Source: Candidatus Hadarchaeales archaeon (GTDB taxonomy: Archaea > Hadarchaeota > Hadarchaeia > Hadarchaeales > WYZ-LMO6). Taken from it: DNA of 64,000 bases. The notes beneath the pieces were generated by a model. The model made no database searches. It saw only the letters and a program-made list of their open reading frames with translations, and was not told the origin of the DNA. Where the stretch lies: NCBI GenBank assembly GCA_038851755.1, contig JAWCKR010000006.1, positions 2,216-66,215 of the forward strand, written 5' to 3'. Position 1 is the first letter of the stretch. Every line of letters begins with the position of its first letter. Below are positions 37,055 to 46,978 of the stretch, piece after piece. The position numbers were made by a program, and so were the translations under genes.

Positions 37055-37734
37055 TATCTCTCCTTCTCCAGTTTGGCTTTTATTCTATCCGTAAGTCCAG
37101 ATAAATGTGCTTCTCTCTCTATTAACAGTATTGCTTCCACCACCGCGTTCACCTTCCTGGGGTCCCTCCCCCTGATCAGGACCCTCCCGTTCAGCCCCAC
37201 CTCCAGCTTGCATCCCGAGGTCTCCTCCAGGACCTTCAGCATGGAGCCCTTCCTCCCTATCACCCGTGGAATCTTGGCGGGGCTTATCTCCACCAGCCTT
37301 CCACCCCTGATCCTCCCCAGCCCCCTCTCGGAGGCGTTCAGCTGTACCCTCCATCTCTCGTCCACCTCCCTCACCTCAGCCAGCACGGTGTCACCTATCC
37401 TCAGGAACTTTCCTATGTCCTCCTTGAAGACATCCACCTTTCTCCCCACCAGCTCCGAAACCATCAGGTTACCGGTGTAGGGGGAGTTGAGGTCGAGGGT
37501 CCATCCGAACGGGTGGGCATCGGTGACTATGCCTATCACCTTGTCCCCCCTTCTGGGGATGTACCTGCCCTGCAAGGAGATCACGCTTATGCTCTTCTCC
37601 CTTATCTCCGCAAGCCCTATCACCGCGGAGAAGACCTTCCCGTCCTCGATGAAGGTGCCTTCCCCTGGGAAGTAATCCCCCTCGGCGAGCAGCCTGCCGG
37701 GCACCACCAGCTCCCGGTTCTCCACGAACAGCAT
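37054..37734 (-). CDS. rrp4: Exosome RNA-binding subunit Rrp4
   Basis: VVPG and YIP..GD (S1 domain); RVIGRKGSM (KH domain). Confidence 0.95.
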   Translation of the reverse strand: MLFVENRELVVPGRLLAEGDYFPGEGTFIEDGKVFSAVIGLAEIREKSISVISLQGRYIPRRGDKVIGIVTDAHPFGWTLDLNSPYTGNLMVSELVGRKVDVFKEDIGKFLRIGDTVLAEVREVDERWRVQLNASERGLGRIRGGRLVEISPAKIPRVIGRKGSMLKVLEETSGCKLEVGLNGRVLIRGRDPRKVNAVVEAILLIEREAHLSGLTDRIKAKLEKER

Positions 37735-38426
37735 CAGAGCACCTTCGTCTGGACCTCACCCTTGGTGAGGTCGTTCACCTTATCGAAGAACTCGGGCTGG
37801 AAGCCTGCGGGGATCTCTACCAGGAGGAGGAGGGAACCGTCGGTGAGCCATTCCTCCTTCTTCACCTCCGCCATGCCCTTTATCGCGTGCAGCGACTTGC
37901 CCGCGTACTGGGGAGGGATCTTCAGGGCTATCCTCCTCATCTCGAACTTCAGGGGAAGGACGGACTGGATGGCCTTCACCACGGCTGGGATCTGTTCCTC
38001 AGCGCTCTTGAACTCGTCTATCCCCACCCTGGCCTTCCTCACGGCCTCCTCCACCCTCGAGGGGGGATGGGGTAGACCCGTCTGGGGGTTGACGGCCCTC
38101 CTGGCTATAAGGGAGACGATCAGCTTCAGTTTTTCCTCCCTCATCTTCCTTCTCTGCTCAGTGGTCAGCTGAATCTTCCCTTTCAGGAGGATTTGCTCAG
38201 CCACCTTCTTCACCTCGTCGGTCCCGAAGACCTTGAGCAGGGACTCCCTGGAGGCGGCTTCCCCCTTCCCGGCGTCCTTGAAGATCTTCTCCACGGCCAG
38301 GAGATTTCCCATCTCCACGCTCTTGCCCTCCCTGAAAGCCACGGCGAGGTCGGGGTCTACCAGCACCTCGAAGTCCATCCCCTGCGCTGAGAGCCTCGCC
38401 ACAACGGCGTCTTCCAGCTTTACCAT
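37734..38426 (-). CDS. Ribosome maturation factor SBDS/Sdo1
   Basis: FEVLVDP, IQLTTEQR and NPQTGLPHPP motifs. Confidence 0.95.
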   Translation of the reverse strand: MVKLEDAVVARLSAQGMDFEVLVDPDLAVAFREGKSVEMGNLLAVEKIFKDAGKGEAASRESLLKVFGTDEVKKVAEQILLKGKIQLTTEQRRKMREEKLKLIVSLIARRAVNPQTGLPHPPSRVEEAVRKARVGIDEFKSAEEQIPAVVKAIQSVLPLKFEMRRIALKIPPQYAGKSLHAIKGMAEVKKEEWLTDGSLLLLVEIPAGFQPEFFDKVNDLTKGEVQTKVL

Positions 38427-38436
38427 CTTCCCCCCG

Positions 38437-39159
38437 CTACTTCAGCTTGGAGAGGTAGCCGGCGATCTCTTCCGTGGTGAGTTTCTGGAACTTTTTGGTT
38501 TTGAGGGGAACCACGGCCACCTCCAGCTTGGTGGGGTCGAGCTCCCCCTCAATGACCAGCTTCAGGGCCCTGAAGGCCAGCAGCACGGCTTCCTCCAAGC
38601 TTATTTTCTCCCCGTATTCCTTCTCCAGGAACTCGAGCACAGTTGGCGCCCCCCCTCCTATTGCCTGTGCCTTGTAGGCGGCCACCACTCCGCTGGGGTC
38701 GGTCTCGAAGAGGTGTGGCCCGTCCCTGTCCACTCCACCTATCAGCAGCCTGGCGCCGAAGGGTCTCACCCCCCCGTGCTGAGTGTAGAGCTGCTTCAGG
38801 TCCCCTATGTGCTTGGCTATGGACTGCACGCTCACCGGCTCGTCGTACCTGAGCCTGTTTATCTGGGCCTCTATCCTGGCGTTCTCGATCAGGACCCTGG
38901 CGTCGGCTATCAGGCCGGAGGCGGCCGCACCCACGTGCTCGTCTATCTGGAAGATCTTTTCAATGGAGAACTCCTCGGCCAGCTTGTTCCTGAGCCTCCG
39001 TTCGGCGGAAAGGACCACCCCGTCCCTGGCCTTTATCCCCAGCGCGGTCAGGCCTTTCTTCACGGCTTCCTGTGCATACTGCACTTGGAAGAGCTTTCCG
39101 TCGGGGCTGAAGACCGTTATGGCCCGGTCGTATCCTGCTCCTGGTGGTGCGAAAACCAT
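38437..39159 (-). CDS. psmA: Proteasome alpha subunit
   Basis: YDRAITVFSPDG, SGLIADAR and RPFG motifs. Confidence 0.97.
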   Translation of the reverse strand: MVFAPPGAGYDRAITVFSPDGKLFQVQYAQEAVKKGLTALGIKARDGVVLSAERRLRNKLAEEFSIEKIFQIDEHVGAAASGLIADARVLIENARIEAQINRLRYDEPVSVQSIAKHIGDLKQLYTQHGGVRPFGARLLIGGVDRDGPHLFETDPSGVVAAYKAQAIGGGAPTVLEFLEKEYGEKISLEEAVLLAFRALKLVIEGELDPTKLEVAVVPLKTKKFQKLTTEEIAGYLSKLK

Positions 39160-39246
39160 ACAGGTCTTACTTATTGGGTGGGGTCCGTATTTAACCTCAT
39201 CGTCGGTCAGAGGGTGGGGGGAGCGGAAGGTTTGGGCTTTTAGAGG

Positions 39247-39528
39247 CTAGCTGGCAGAGTAGCCCTTCCTGGCCAGGAACCTCCGCGCGCCCTTCATCGT
39301 CCCAGAGACCCCAAGTACCCTTATCCCCCTGAGGGAGAGCAACGCTCTGAGTTTCTCCACCTGCAGGTGTCCGCAGCGGAGGAGGGCCAAGTCCGAGCTG
39401 AGGGGGAGAAGCTTCAGATGGGTTCGGTCTAGACTAGGCTCTCCCTCCAGCAGGGTCTGAAGGGAGTTCCCACTGGCCTTCCCCCCGAGTTCCAGGATCA
39501 GGTACCTCTTCCTGACTCTTTCCCTCAT
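39247..39528 (-). CDS. rnp2: RNase P protein Pop5 (short, 93 aa)
   Basis: RKRYL..GVSGTMK motifs; position upstream of psmA. Confidence 0.7.
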   Translation of the reverse strand: MRERVRKRYLILELGGKASGNSLQTLLEGEPSLDRTHLKLLPLSSDLALLRCGHLQVEKLRALLSLRGIRVLGVSGTMKGARRFLARKGYSAS

Positions 39529-39959
39529 CCTTCCTTCCCCAGTGACTTGAGGAATTCCAAGAGTCCACCCGCCTTGGAAGGGCCGCCTCCGCCCCTGAGG
39601 GTGAGGTGTATCACCTCGTCTCCCCTCCCCAGCACCCACCTGCCCCGACAGGCCAGCTGCTTGTCGAGCCTCAGGTAGAGGTTTCCCTGCTCGTCCATGT
39701 AGCTCCCCAGGCTCGAGAGCAGGGCCTCCCTGTTCTCGAGCTTCCGGAGAAGGGAAGAAATCGTCCCCTCCACCTCCCTCCTGCCCCTCACCCTGGCTTC
39801 CAGCAGAGAGATGGGATTGCCATGTTGTCCCTCCAGCTCGGTCCTCTCCACCTTCGTACCTGCGGGGAGGAGGACCCTGAGGACCTCCGCCAGCTTGCTT
39901 TCATCTTCGGTGGCGTGGACCAGGATCTTAACCCTGATCTCCCTGAGGGGGAACCTCAT
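39525..39959 (-). CDS. Predicted RNA-binding protein (DUF54 family)
   Basis: HATED, GQHGNPI and YLRLDKQ motifs. Confidence 0.85.
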   Translation of the reverse strand: MRFPLREIRVKILVHATEDESKLAEVLRVLLPAGTKVERTELEGQHGNPISLLEARVRGRREVEGTISSLLRKLENREALLSSLGSYMDEQGNLYLRLDKQLACRGRWVLGRGDEVIHLTLRGGGGPSKAGGLLEFLKSLGKEG

Positions 39960-39998
39960 CCGGGTGAAAGAGGTACGGGGGCGGGAAAAACCCTTCGC

Positions 39999-40442
39999 TC
40001 AGAGCCCCCTGGCCTTCCTTCCCGCGGAGGTCAGGCCCCTGAAGACCCTTCCCCTGGCCTTGATCTGGGAGAGCTGCGGATCGCTCCTTATGGCGGGATG
40101 GTGGGGATCGATCAGTATCACCTCGAAGTACTCGTTCTTCCCATCGGAGTCCACCCAGTAGGAGTTGAGGACCTCCAGGTTGGGGTACTTCCTGGCCGCC
40201 CTTTCTTCCGCTATCCACTGAAGGCTCTTGGCGGGCGTGAACTTCCGAACCCCCATCCTGCGGGGCTTTCTACCCCTGACGGGTCTCGGTTTCCTCCTTC
40301 CTCCTTTCCTCACCCTCACCCTTACCACCACCACACCCTGTTTGGCCTTGTACCCCAGGGCCTTGGCCCTTCTTAGCTTGGTGGGTTTGGGAATCCTCAC
40401 CACGGAGGGCTCCTTCCCGGTTCCCGTTTTCCCAGGGTTCAT
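39999..40442 (-). CDS. rpl15e: 50S ribosomal protein L15e (eL15), short form
   Basis: [23 protein letters not shown] and [10 protein letters not shown] motifs. Confidence 0.92.
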   Translation of the reverse strand: MNPGKTGTGKEPSVVRIPKPTKLRRAKALGYKAKQGVVVVRVRVRKGGRRKPRPVRGRKPRRMGVRKFTPAKSLQWIAEERAARKYPNLEVLNSYWVDSDGKNEYFEVILIDPHHPAIRSDPQLSQIKARGRVFRGLTSAGRKARGL

Positions 40443-40449
40443 TCCTCCA

Positions 40450-41361
40450 TCACCCCATCAGCTCTCTTATCCTCTGGGAGAGGATGAGAGCCATGTTCTG
40501 CTGGGATTCCACGGTGGAGGCGCCTATGTGGGGGGTGGGGATCACCTGCTCCAGCGACAGGAGTTCAAGGTTCTTGGTGGGTTCCTCCGCGAAGACGTCC
40601 AGGCAGGCCCCCGCTATCTTCCCCTCCCGCAGGGCGCGGACCAGGGCATCCTCGTCCACGATTTTTCCTCGGGAGGTGTTTATCAAAACGGCGGTGGGTT
40701 TCATGAGGGAGAGCTCCCTTTCACCTATCATCTTTTCCGTCTCCGGGGTGAGCGGAACATGTATGGTCACGAAGTCGGACTCCCGGAGGAGGGTGGGCAG
40801 GTCAACGTACACCACTCCCTTCTCCCCCATCTCCTCTCTCCTCACTAGGTCATATCCCAGCACCCGCATGCCGAAGGCCAGGGCCTTGGAGGCTACCTCC
40901 CCCCCTATCCTCCCCACCCCTATCACCCCCAGGGTTTTTCCCTTGAGCTCGGTCCCCATGAACTTTTCCTTCCCCCATCTCCCTTCCTTGAGTTCCCTGT
41001 AGGCCTGGGGAATCTTCCTGGCCCAGCAGAGCATCAAACCCATCACCAGCTCCGCCACGGCGGTCTTGGAGGCCTCGGGGGCGTAGACCACCTTTATGCC
41101 CCTCTCCTCTGCGGCCTTCACATCGATGTTGTCTATTCCCACCCCGGCCCTGGCCACGATTTTGAGTTTTTTCCCGGCCTCTATCACCCTCCTGGTGACC
41201 TTGGTGGCGCTTCTCACTATCAGGACCTCGTACTTCTCTATCTCCCTGCAAAGTTCCTCTTCGGAGAGCCCCGGTTTGACCACCACCTCCCCCAGCTCCT
41301 CCATCTTCTTGGCGAAGTCGGGTAAGACGCGGTCAGCCACGAAAATCTTCAGGGTCCCCAC
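40450..41361 (-). CDS. serA: D-3-phosphoglycerate dehydrogenase (short type)
   Basis: [22 protein letters not shown] and TPHIGAST motifs; start uncertain. Confidence 0.85.
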   Translation of the reverse strand: MGTLKIFVADRVLPDFAKKMEELGEVVVKPGLSEEELCREIEKYEVLIVRSATKVTRRVIEAGKKLKIVARAGVGIDNIDVKAAEERGIKVVYAPEASKTAVAELVMGLMLCWARKIPQAYRELKEGRWGKEKFMGTELKGKTLGVIGVGRIGGEVASKALAFGMRVLGYDLVRREEMGEKGVVYVDLPTLLRESDFVTIHVPLTPETEKMIGERELSLMKPTAVLINTSRGKIVDEDALVRALREGKIAGACLDVFAEEPTKNLELLSLEQVIPTPHIGASTVESQQNMALILSQRIRELMG

Positions 41362-41368
41362 CTTTTCC

Positions 41369-42550
41369 TTACAACTTTCTTTCCCCAAAAATCTGGTAGG
41401 GCAGGGTGAAAAGCCTGACCATCCCCTCGGCCTCCCTCTGGTCCAGACCCTTCTGCTTCACCGACCTCAGTTGGGGCAGGAAAAGGGAGGAGGGTGATTC
41501 CCTCTTCACTATCCTCATCCCTCCCTTGTAGAGCTCCACCTCCACCCTGCCGTTCACGGTCCTCTGGGTGGAGTCGATGAAGGCATCCAGGTCCTTCTTA
41601 AGGGGATGCAGCCAGGAAGCGTGGTAGACCATGTCGGCCCAGAGCCTGTCTATTTCCCTCTTCACGCGCAGCTGTTCCTTGGTGAGGGTGAGGTGCTCCA
41701 GGTCGGCGTGGGTGTAGAGGAGGATGGTTGCGGCTGGGGCCTCGTATAGCTCCCTGGATTTCAGACCTAGCATGCCGTCCTCCAGGATGTCGATGATCCC
41801 CACCCCGTTCTTCCCCCCCACCTCGTTCAGGTAGAAGATCATCTGGACGGGGTCCCTTATTCCGTCCACCTCCACGGGCACTCCCCTCTCGTAGGTGATG
41901 CTGACCACGGTGGGCTTGTCCGGTGCCTTCTCCGGTGGAACAATCCACAGGTAGTCCTCCGGGAACTGGGAGACGAGGTCCTCCACCTGTCCGCTCCCCA
42001 TGGAGTGGGACCACATGTTGATGTCTCCTCCAAGCTTGCCTTTCGGCCTCTTGGGCTCCACCCCGTGCTTCCTCAGCATCTCCTCCTCCTCCGCCCTGGA
42101 GAGGTTGAGCTCCCTCACGGGTGCGATGATCCTGATGTTGGGCAGATAGTACCTGAAGACGGACTCCACCCTGAACTGGTCGTTGCCCTTCCCGGTGCAG
42201 CCGTGCGCCACCGCCTCCGCCCCCTCCTGCTTGGCCACCTCCGCCACCTTGGTGGCTATCAGCACCCTGCTCATGGAGGTGCCGACGGGATATCCCTCGT
42301 AGCTCCCGTTGGCCTTTACGCACTTGTGGATGTACTCCGTGACGAACTCCTTCTTGGCGTCTATGAACCTGACCTCAGCCCCCAGCTTTTTCGCCCTCTC
42401 GAAACCTATCTGGATCTCTTCCTCCCCCTGCCCCACGTCCACAAGTACCGGTATCACTTCATCGTAGCCGTACCTCTCCCTCAAGAGAGCGATGAGGAGG
42501 GTGGAATCGAGCCCTCCCGAGTAGGCCAGCGCCACCTTTTTGCCGGACAT
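41369..42550 (-). CDS. argG: Argininosuccinate synthase family protein (paralogue 1, divergent)
   Basis: AYSGGLDS, HGCTGKGNDQFR and KSRELYE motifs; adjacent to argH. Confidence 0.8.
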   Translation of the reverse strand: MSGKKVALAYSGGLDSTLLIALLRERYGYDEVIPVLVDVGQGEEEIQIGFERAKKLGAEVRFIDAKKEFVTEYIHKCVKANGSYEGYPVGTSMSRVLIATKVAEVAKQEGAEAVAHGCTGKGNDQFRVESVFRYYLPNIRIIAPVRELNLSRAEEEEMLRKHGVEPKRPKGKLGGDINMWSHSMGSGQVEDLVSQFPEDYLWIVPPEKAPDKPTVVSITYERGVPVEVDGIRDPVQMIFYLNEVGGKNGVGIIDILEDGMLGLKSRELYEAPAATILLYTHADLEHLTLTKEQLRVKREIDRLWADMVYHASWLHPLKKDLDAFIDSTQRTVNGRVEVELYKGGMRIVKRESPSSLFLPQLRSVKQKGLDQREAEGMVRLFTLPYQIFGERKL

Positions 42551-42564
42551 TCTCTCCCTTTCCC

Positions 42565-44064
42565 CTAACTCGATATATAAGCCTTCACGGTTTTCGCCAG
42601 TTTTTCCCCGGCTTCCTCCAGCTTTTTCTTCCTCTGGTCCAGCCTGGCCCTTCTCCTCTCCAGTTCCCTCTTCCTGGTCCCCAGCATCCTCCTCACCTCC
42701 CTGGGGGAGGGGCTCCCCACGGTCCTCCTCATCCTCAGGGAGAAGAGGGGGTCCAGGTACCTGAGCACCTTCTGCTCCACCCTCACCTTCCTTCCCAGGG
42801 CCTTCTCTCCCGCCCTCTCCAGGAGTTCCACCGAGAGGTCCTTGACGGTGAGGCCAGAGGAGAAGGCCTCTTTCACCGCCTGCCCCACCACCGCGTGGGC
42901 CTCCCTGAAGGAGAGCCCAGCCTCCCTCACCAGACCCTCCGCCAGGTCCCAGGCGAGCGCCCAGCTGAGGGAGGAAGAAGAGGTCGTCCTCTCCTCCTTC
43001 ACCTTCATGGTTTCCACCACCCCCTTCATGATCTCCAGGCAGCTCCTGGTTTCGTCCAGGCACCTCCAGAGGGGAGGCTTCACCTGCTGCAGGTCCCTGT
43101 TGTACCCGCTGGGGATGCCCTTCAGCAGGGTAAGGAGGGAGAGGAGGGATCCGTGGACCTCCCCCACCCTCCCCCTTATAAGCTCCAGGGTGCAGGGGTT
43201 CTTCTTCTGAGGCATGGCGCTCGAGGTGGAGGAGTACTCGTCAGAGAGCTCCACATACCCGAACTCCTGCGTGGACCAAAGGATGAGGTCCTCCGCCATC
43301 CTGCTCAGGTGGGTCATGAGGAGACTCATGCAGGCAGCGGCCTCCAGCACCGCGTCCCTCGAGCTCACCGCGTCGAGGGAGTTCTCCACCAGTCCCTCGA
43401 AACCCAGCAGGGAGGCGGTCCTCCTCCTGTCGAGGGGGAAGGTGGAGCCACCCACCGCTCCTCCTCCCAGCGGGCAGAGGTTCACCCTGCGGTAGCAGTC
43501 CTCCATCCTGTCGAAGTCCCTGAGGAGGAGGTCGGTCTGGGCGAGCAGGTAGTGCCCCACCGTTCCCAGCTGGGCGTGCTGGGTGTGGGTGAGGAGAATG
43601 AGGGGAGTTTCCAGGTGCTCCTCGGCTCTCCTGAGGAGGACCTCCACCAGCTGGAGAAGGGAGGAGGAAATGAGGTTCAGTTCCTTCCTGAGCCTCAGCC
43701 TGAGGTCCAGGGCCACCTGGTCGTTCCTCGATCTCCCGGTGTGGAGCTTGCCCCCGATTTTCATCCCCACCTCCGCTATCACCCTGGCTTCCAGGAGCTC
43801 GTGCACGTCCTCGAATCTTCCCTCCACCTTCAGCTTCCCCCTCCTGTGCTCCTCCCTCATCCTCTCCAGGGAGGTGAGGATGGCCTTCAGCTCCTCCCGG
43901 GAGAGGATGCCCTGCTCGTGGAGCATAATCTCATGGGCTTCCGTTCCATCTATGTCCTCCTCCACCATCCTCTCGTCCTCCTTGAGGGAGGAGACGAACC
44001 TCCAGACTTCCTCCTTCAGCCCCCTCGAAACCCTGCTCCTGTAGATTCCCTTCTCATCCCGCAT
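42565..44064 (-). CDS. argH: Argininosuccinate lyase
   Basis: [19 protein letters not shown] and YNRDLQ motifs. Confidence 0.93.
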   Translation of the reverse strand: MRDEKGIYRSRVSRGLKEEVWRFVSSLKEDERMVEEDIDGTEAHEIMLHEQGILSREELKAILTSLERMREEHRRGKLKVEGRFEDVHELLEARVIAEVGMKIGGKLHTGRSRNDQVALDLRLRLRKELNLISSSLLQLVEVLLRRAEEHLETPLILLTHTQHAQLGTVGHYLLAQTDLLLRDFDRMEDCYRRVNLCPLGGGAVGGSTFPLDRRRTASLLGFEGLVENSLDAVSSRDAVLEAAACMSLLMTHLSRMAEDLILWSTQEFGYVELSDEYSSTSSAMPQKKNPCTLELIRGRVGEVHGSLLSLLTLLKGIPSGYNRDLQQVKPPLWRCLDETRSCLEIMKGVVETMKVKEERTTSSSSLSWALAWDLAEGLVREAGLSFREAHAVVGQAVKEAFSSGLTVKDLSVELLERAGEKALGRKVRVEQKVLRYLDPLFSLRMRRTVGSPSPREVRRMLGTRKRELERRRARLDQRKKKLEEAGEKLAKTVKAYISS

Positions 44065-45187
44065 GGATTTCCTCCAGCTTCCGTGCCACGGCCTCTCCCA
44101 CCTCGTGGGTCTTGGAGGTTCCACCGAGATCGTGCGTGAGGTGCTTCCCTTCCCTGAGCACTTCCATTACGGCTTTCTCCACGAGCTGCGAGGCCTCCTT
44201 CTCCCCGAGTTCTTCCAGCATCATTTTTCCGGCCAGAATGGCGGCCAGGGGATTGGCCAACCCCTTTCCAGCGTACTTGGGGGCGGAGCCGTGGATGGGC
44301 TCGAACATGCTTATCCCTTCCGGGTTCAGGTTTCCGCCTGGGGCCAGACCCATTCCCCCCTGGATCATCGCCCCAAGGTCGGTTATGATGTCCCCGAACA
44401 TGTTGGGGGTGACCACCACCTCATACCACTCTGGGTTCTTCACCATCCACATGGTCATGGCGTCCACGAAGGCAAACTCAGTCTCTATTTCCCTGTAATT
44501 CTTCGCCACCTCCTGGAAAACCTCCCTCCACAGGCTGTATACATGGGTGAGGACGTTGGCCTTGTCCACGGCTGTTACCTTCCCCCTTCCCTCCCTCTTG
44601 GCCAGCTCGAAGGCGTACCTTATCACCCTCTCCGCGCCCCTGCGGCTCATCACTCCTATTTGGTAAGCTACCTCCTCCTTCCCGCTCTCCAGGTCCACCC
44701 CAAGCTTGAGCTGGTACAGCTCCCTCATCATGCGGTGCTCATCCTTCCACTTCCCTTTTCCCCTTCCCCCCAGTCCCACGTAGAAATCCTCGGTGTTCTC
44801 CCTGACCACGTAGAAATCTATGTCTTCAGGCTTTTTGTTCTTCAGGGGACAGGGGACTCCAGGGTAAAGCTTGATGGGACGCAGGTTGATGTACTGATCG
44901 AAATAAAACCTCAGGGTGAGCAGGAGGCCTTTCTCCAGCACTCCGGTGGGCACCCTGGGATCGCCCACCGCCCCCAGGTAGATGGCATCGAACTTCGAGA
45001 GCTCCTTCAGATCGTCCTCCCCCAGGAGCTTTCCCGTCCTGAGGTAGTACTCCCCGCCATAGGGAAATTCCTCCAGGGAAAGCTCCACCCCGGTGAGTTC
45101 GCACGCGGCTCGGAGAACCCTCACACCCTCCCTTATTACCTCTGGACCTATACCATCCCCTGGTATAACAGCGATTCTGTGACCCAT
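44054..45187 (-). CDS. leuB: 3-isopropylmalate dehydrogenase family protein
   Basis: [24 protein letters not shown] and EPIHGSAP motifs. Confidence 0.85.
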   Translation of the reverse strand: MGHRIAVIPGDGIGPEVIREGVRVLRAACELTGVELSLEEFPYGGEYYLRTGKLLGEDDLKELSKFDAIYLGAVGDPRVPTGVLEKGLLLTLRFYFDQYINLRPIKLYPGVPCPLKNKKPEDIDFYVVRENTEDFYVGLGGRGKGKWKDEHRMMRELYQLKLGVDLESGKEEVAYQIGVMSRRGAERVIRYAFELAKREGRGKVTAVDKANVLTHVYSLWREVFQEVAKNYREIETEFAFVDAMTMWMVKNPEWYEVVVTPNMFGDIITDLGAMIQGGMGLAPGGNLNPEGISMFEPIHGSAPKYAGKGLANPLAAILAGKMMLEELGEKEASQLVEKAVMEVLREGKHLTHDLGGTSKTHEVGEAVARKLEEIHAG

Positions 45188-45214
45188 GGGTCTCAATTAT
45201 CTTGAGGGGACTCT

Positions 45215-45727
45215 TTATAACTTATTCCTTCTTTTCGCTCCCGCGACGGCCCTCCTGGACCTCAAGTACGGGATGAGCCCCCCCGCCCTGAGGATGGAGA
45301 CAAGGAAGTCAGGTAGGGGTTCTGCTTTCTTTTCGATGCCCCTGCTCACGTTTCTCACCACTCCCCTGGTCAGGTCGTACTCCACTTCTTCCCCGGTGGA
45401 GAAGGAATCCTTCACTCCCCTGCAGATCATCACGGGAAGACCCTGGTTCACGGCGTTCCTGAAGAAAATCCTGGCGAAAGATTCTGCGATCACCGCCCCC
45501 ACCCCCGCCCCCTTCAGGGCCAGGGGCGCCTGCTCCCTGCTGGAGCCGCATCCGAAGTTCCTCCCAGCTATGATCACGTCACCCCTCCTCACCTGTGCAG
45601 AGAATCCTGGCAGGAGGTTCTCCAGGGCGTGCCTCCCCAGCTCCTCCGGGCTCCTCTTCACCAGGTACCTTCCCGGGATGATGTCGTCCGTGGACACGTT
45701 GTCTCCCAGGACCCAGGCCTTGGGCAT
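45215..45727 (-). CDS. leuD: 3-isopropylmalate dehydratase small subunit
   Basis: STDDIIPG, NFGCGSSREQA and FARIF motifs. Confidence 0.9.
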   Translation of the reverse strand: MPKAWVLGDNVSTDDIIPGRYLVKRSPEELGRHALENLLPGFSAQVRRGDVIIAGRNFGCGSSREQAPLALKGAGVGAVIAESFARIFFRNAVNQGLPVMICRGVKDSFSTGEEVEYDLTRGVVRNVSRGIEKKAEPLPDFLVSILRAGGLIPYLRSRRAVAGAKRRNKL

Positions 45728-46974
45728 TACACCTCCCTCGGATCGGTCAGTTTTCCTCTGAGGGCGGAGGCCGCCACGGTGGCAGGGGAAGCCAGGTAGA
45801 TCTCTGCTTCGGGGCTCCCCATCCTTCCCCTGAAGTTCCGGTTGGAGGAGGATACGCACACTTCCCCAGGGGCCAGCATGCCTATGTAGCTTCCCATACA
45901 GGCCCCGCAGCCCGGAGGCCCCAGCGTGGCGCCGGCCTTCACCAGCCTTTCTATCACGCCCAGCCTCAGGGCCTCCAGGTAGGTTTCCCTGGAGGAGGGG
46001 ACCACCAGCATCCTCACGCGCGGATGGATCTTTCTTCCTTTCAGGATTCTCGCCGCTTCTATCAAATCCTCGGTCCTCCCGTTGGTGCAGCTCCCCAAGA
46101 AAGCCTGGTCTATCTCCTTTCCTTCCACCTCCCTCACGGGTTTCACATTGTCCACCCTGTGGGGACAGGCCACCTGCGGTTCTATGCTGGGAAGGGAACA
46201 GGTCCTCTCGTCGGCGTACTCCGCCCCGGGGTCGCTCCTCATCTCCTCGAAGGGGAACCTCGCCCTTTTCTCCACGTACCTGCGAGTCAGGGCGTCGGGT
46301 GGCACGAGGGCAGTTTTTGCCCCCATCTCCACCCCCATGTTGCACAGGGTCATTCTCCCTCCGATGCTCATCTTCTTCACCCCCTCACCCTGAAACTCTA
46401 GGGCCTGATAGGTGGCACCGTCCGCCCCTATTTCTCCCACCAGGTGGAGGATGACGTCTTTGGGGTAGACCCTTCTCCCCAGTCTTCCCTCCAGCACGAT
46501 TTTCACGCTCTCGGGAACCCTGAGCCACAGCTTTCCAGAAGCCATGGCCGCCGCCAGGTCTGTGGATCCCACCCCTGTGGCGAAGCTCCCCAGCGCCCCA
46601 TAGGTGCACGTGTGGGAATCGGCTCCGAGGATGAGGAGCCCGGGAAGAGCGAAGCCCTTCTCAGGCAGCACCTGGTGGCAGACACCCTCGGTGAAGAGAT
46701 TCTGAATCCCCTGCTCCCTGGCGAACCTCCGCATCATCGCGTGGTCCTTGGCTATCTCTATGGAGTTGGGGGGCATCTGGTGGTCGAAGATTATCACCAC
46801 CCTGGAGGGGTCCCACACTTTCTCGGCTATCTCCCCGAAGCTCTCTATGGCCAGGGGACCGGTGAGGTCATTCATCATCACCACATCCACTCTGGCTTCC
46901 ACGATTTCTCCCGGCTCCACTCGTTCCTTCCCGGCTTTCTTGGCCAGGAGCTTTTCAGCCAGGCATCCGGTCAG
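45727..46974 (-). CDS. leuC: 3-isopropylmalate dehydratase large subunit (probable CTG start)
   Basis: ADSHT, GSCTNGR, CGAC and NRNF motifs; LAEKLLA N-terminal motif lies upstream of the track's GTG. Confidence 0.9.
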   Translation of the reverse strand: MTGCLAEKLLAKKAGKERVEPGEIVEARVDVVMMNDLTGPLAIESFGEIAEKVWDPSRVVIIFDHQMPPNSIEIAKDHAMMRRFAREQGIQNLFTEGVCHQVLPEKGFALPGLLILGADSHTCTYGALGSFATGVGSTDLAAAMASGKLWLRVPESVKIVLEGRLGRRVYPKDVILHLVGEIGADGATYQALEFQGEGVKKMSIGGRMTLCNMGVEMGAKTALVPPDALTRRYVEKRARFPFEEMRSDPGAEYADERTCSLPSIEPQVACPHRVDNVKPVREVEGKEIDQAFLGSCTNGRTEDLIEAARILKGRKIHPRVRMLVVPSSRETYLEALRLGVIERLVKAGATLGPPGCGACMGSYIGMLAPGEVCVSSSNRNFRGRMGSPEAEIYLASPATVAASALRGKLTDPREV

Positions 46975-46978
46975 GGTC

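Noticed and set aside
39180-39230. Possible C/D sRNA upstream of psmA (CTGA..ACGATGA..CGGA on the minus strand)
   Set aside because: No box C or terminal stem; the segment overlaps the likely TTAAATA promoter of psmA.
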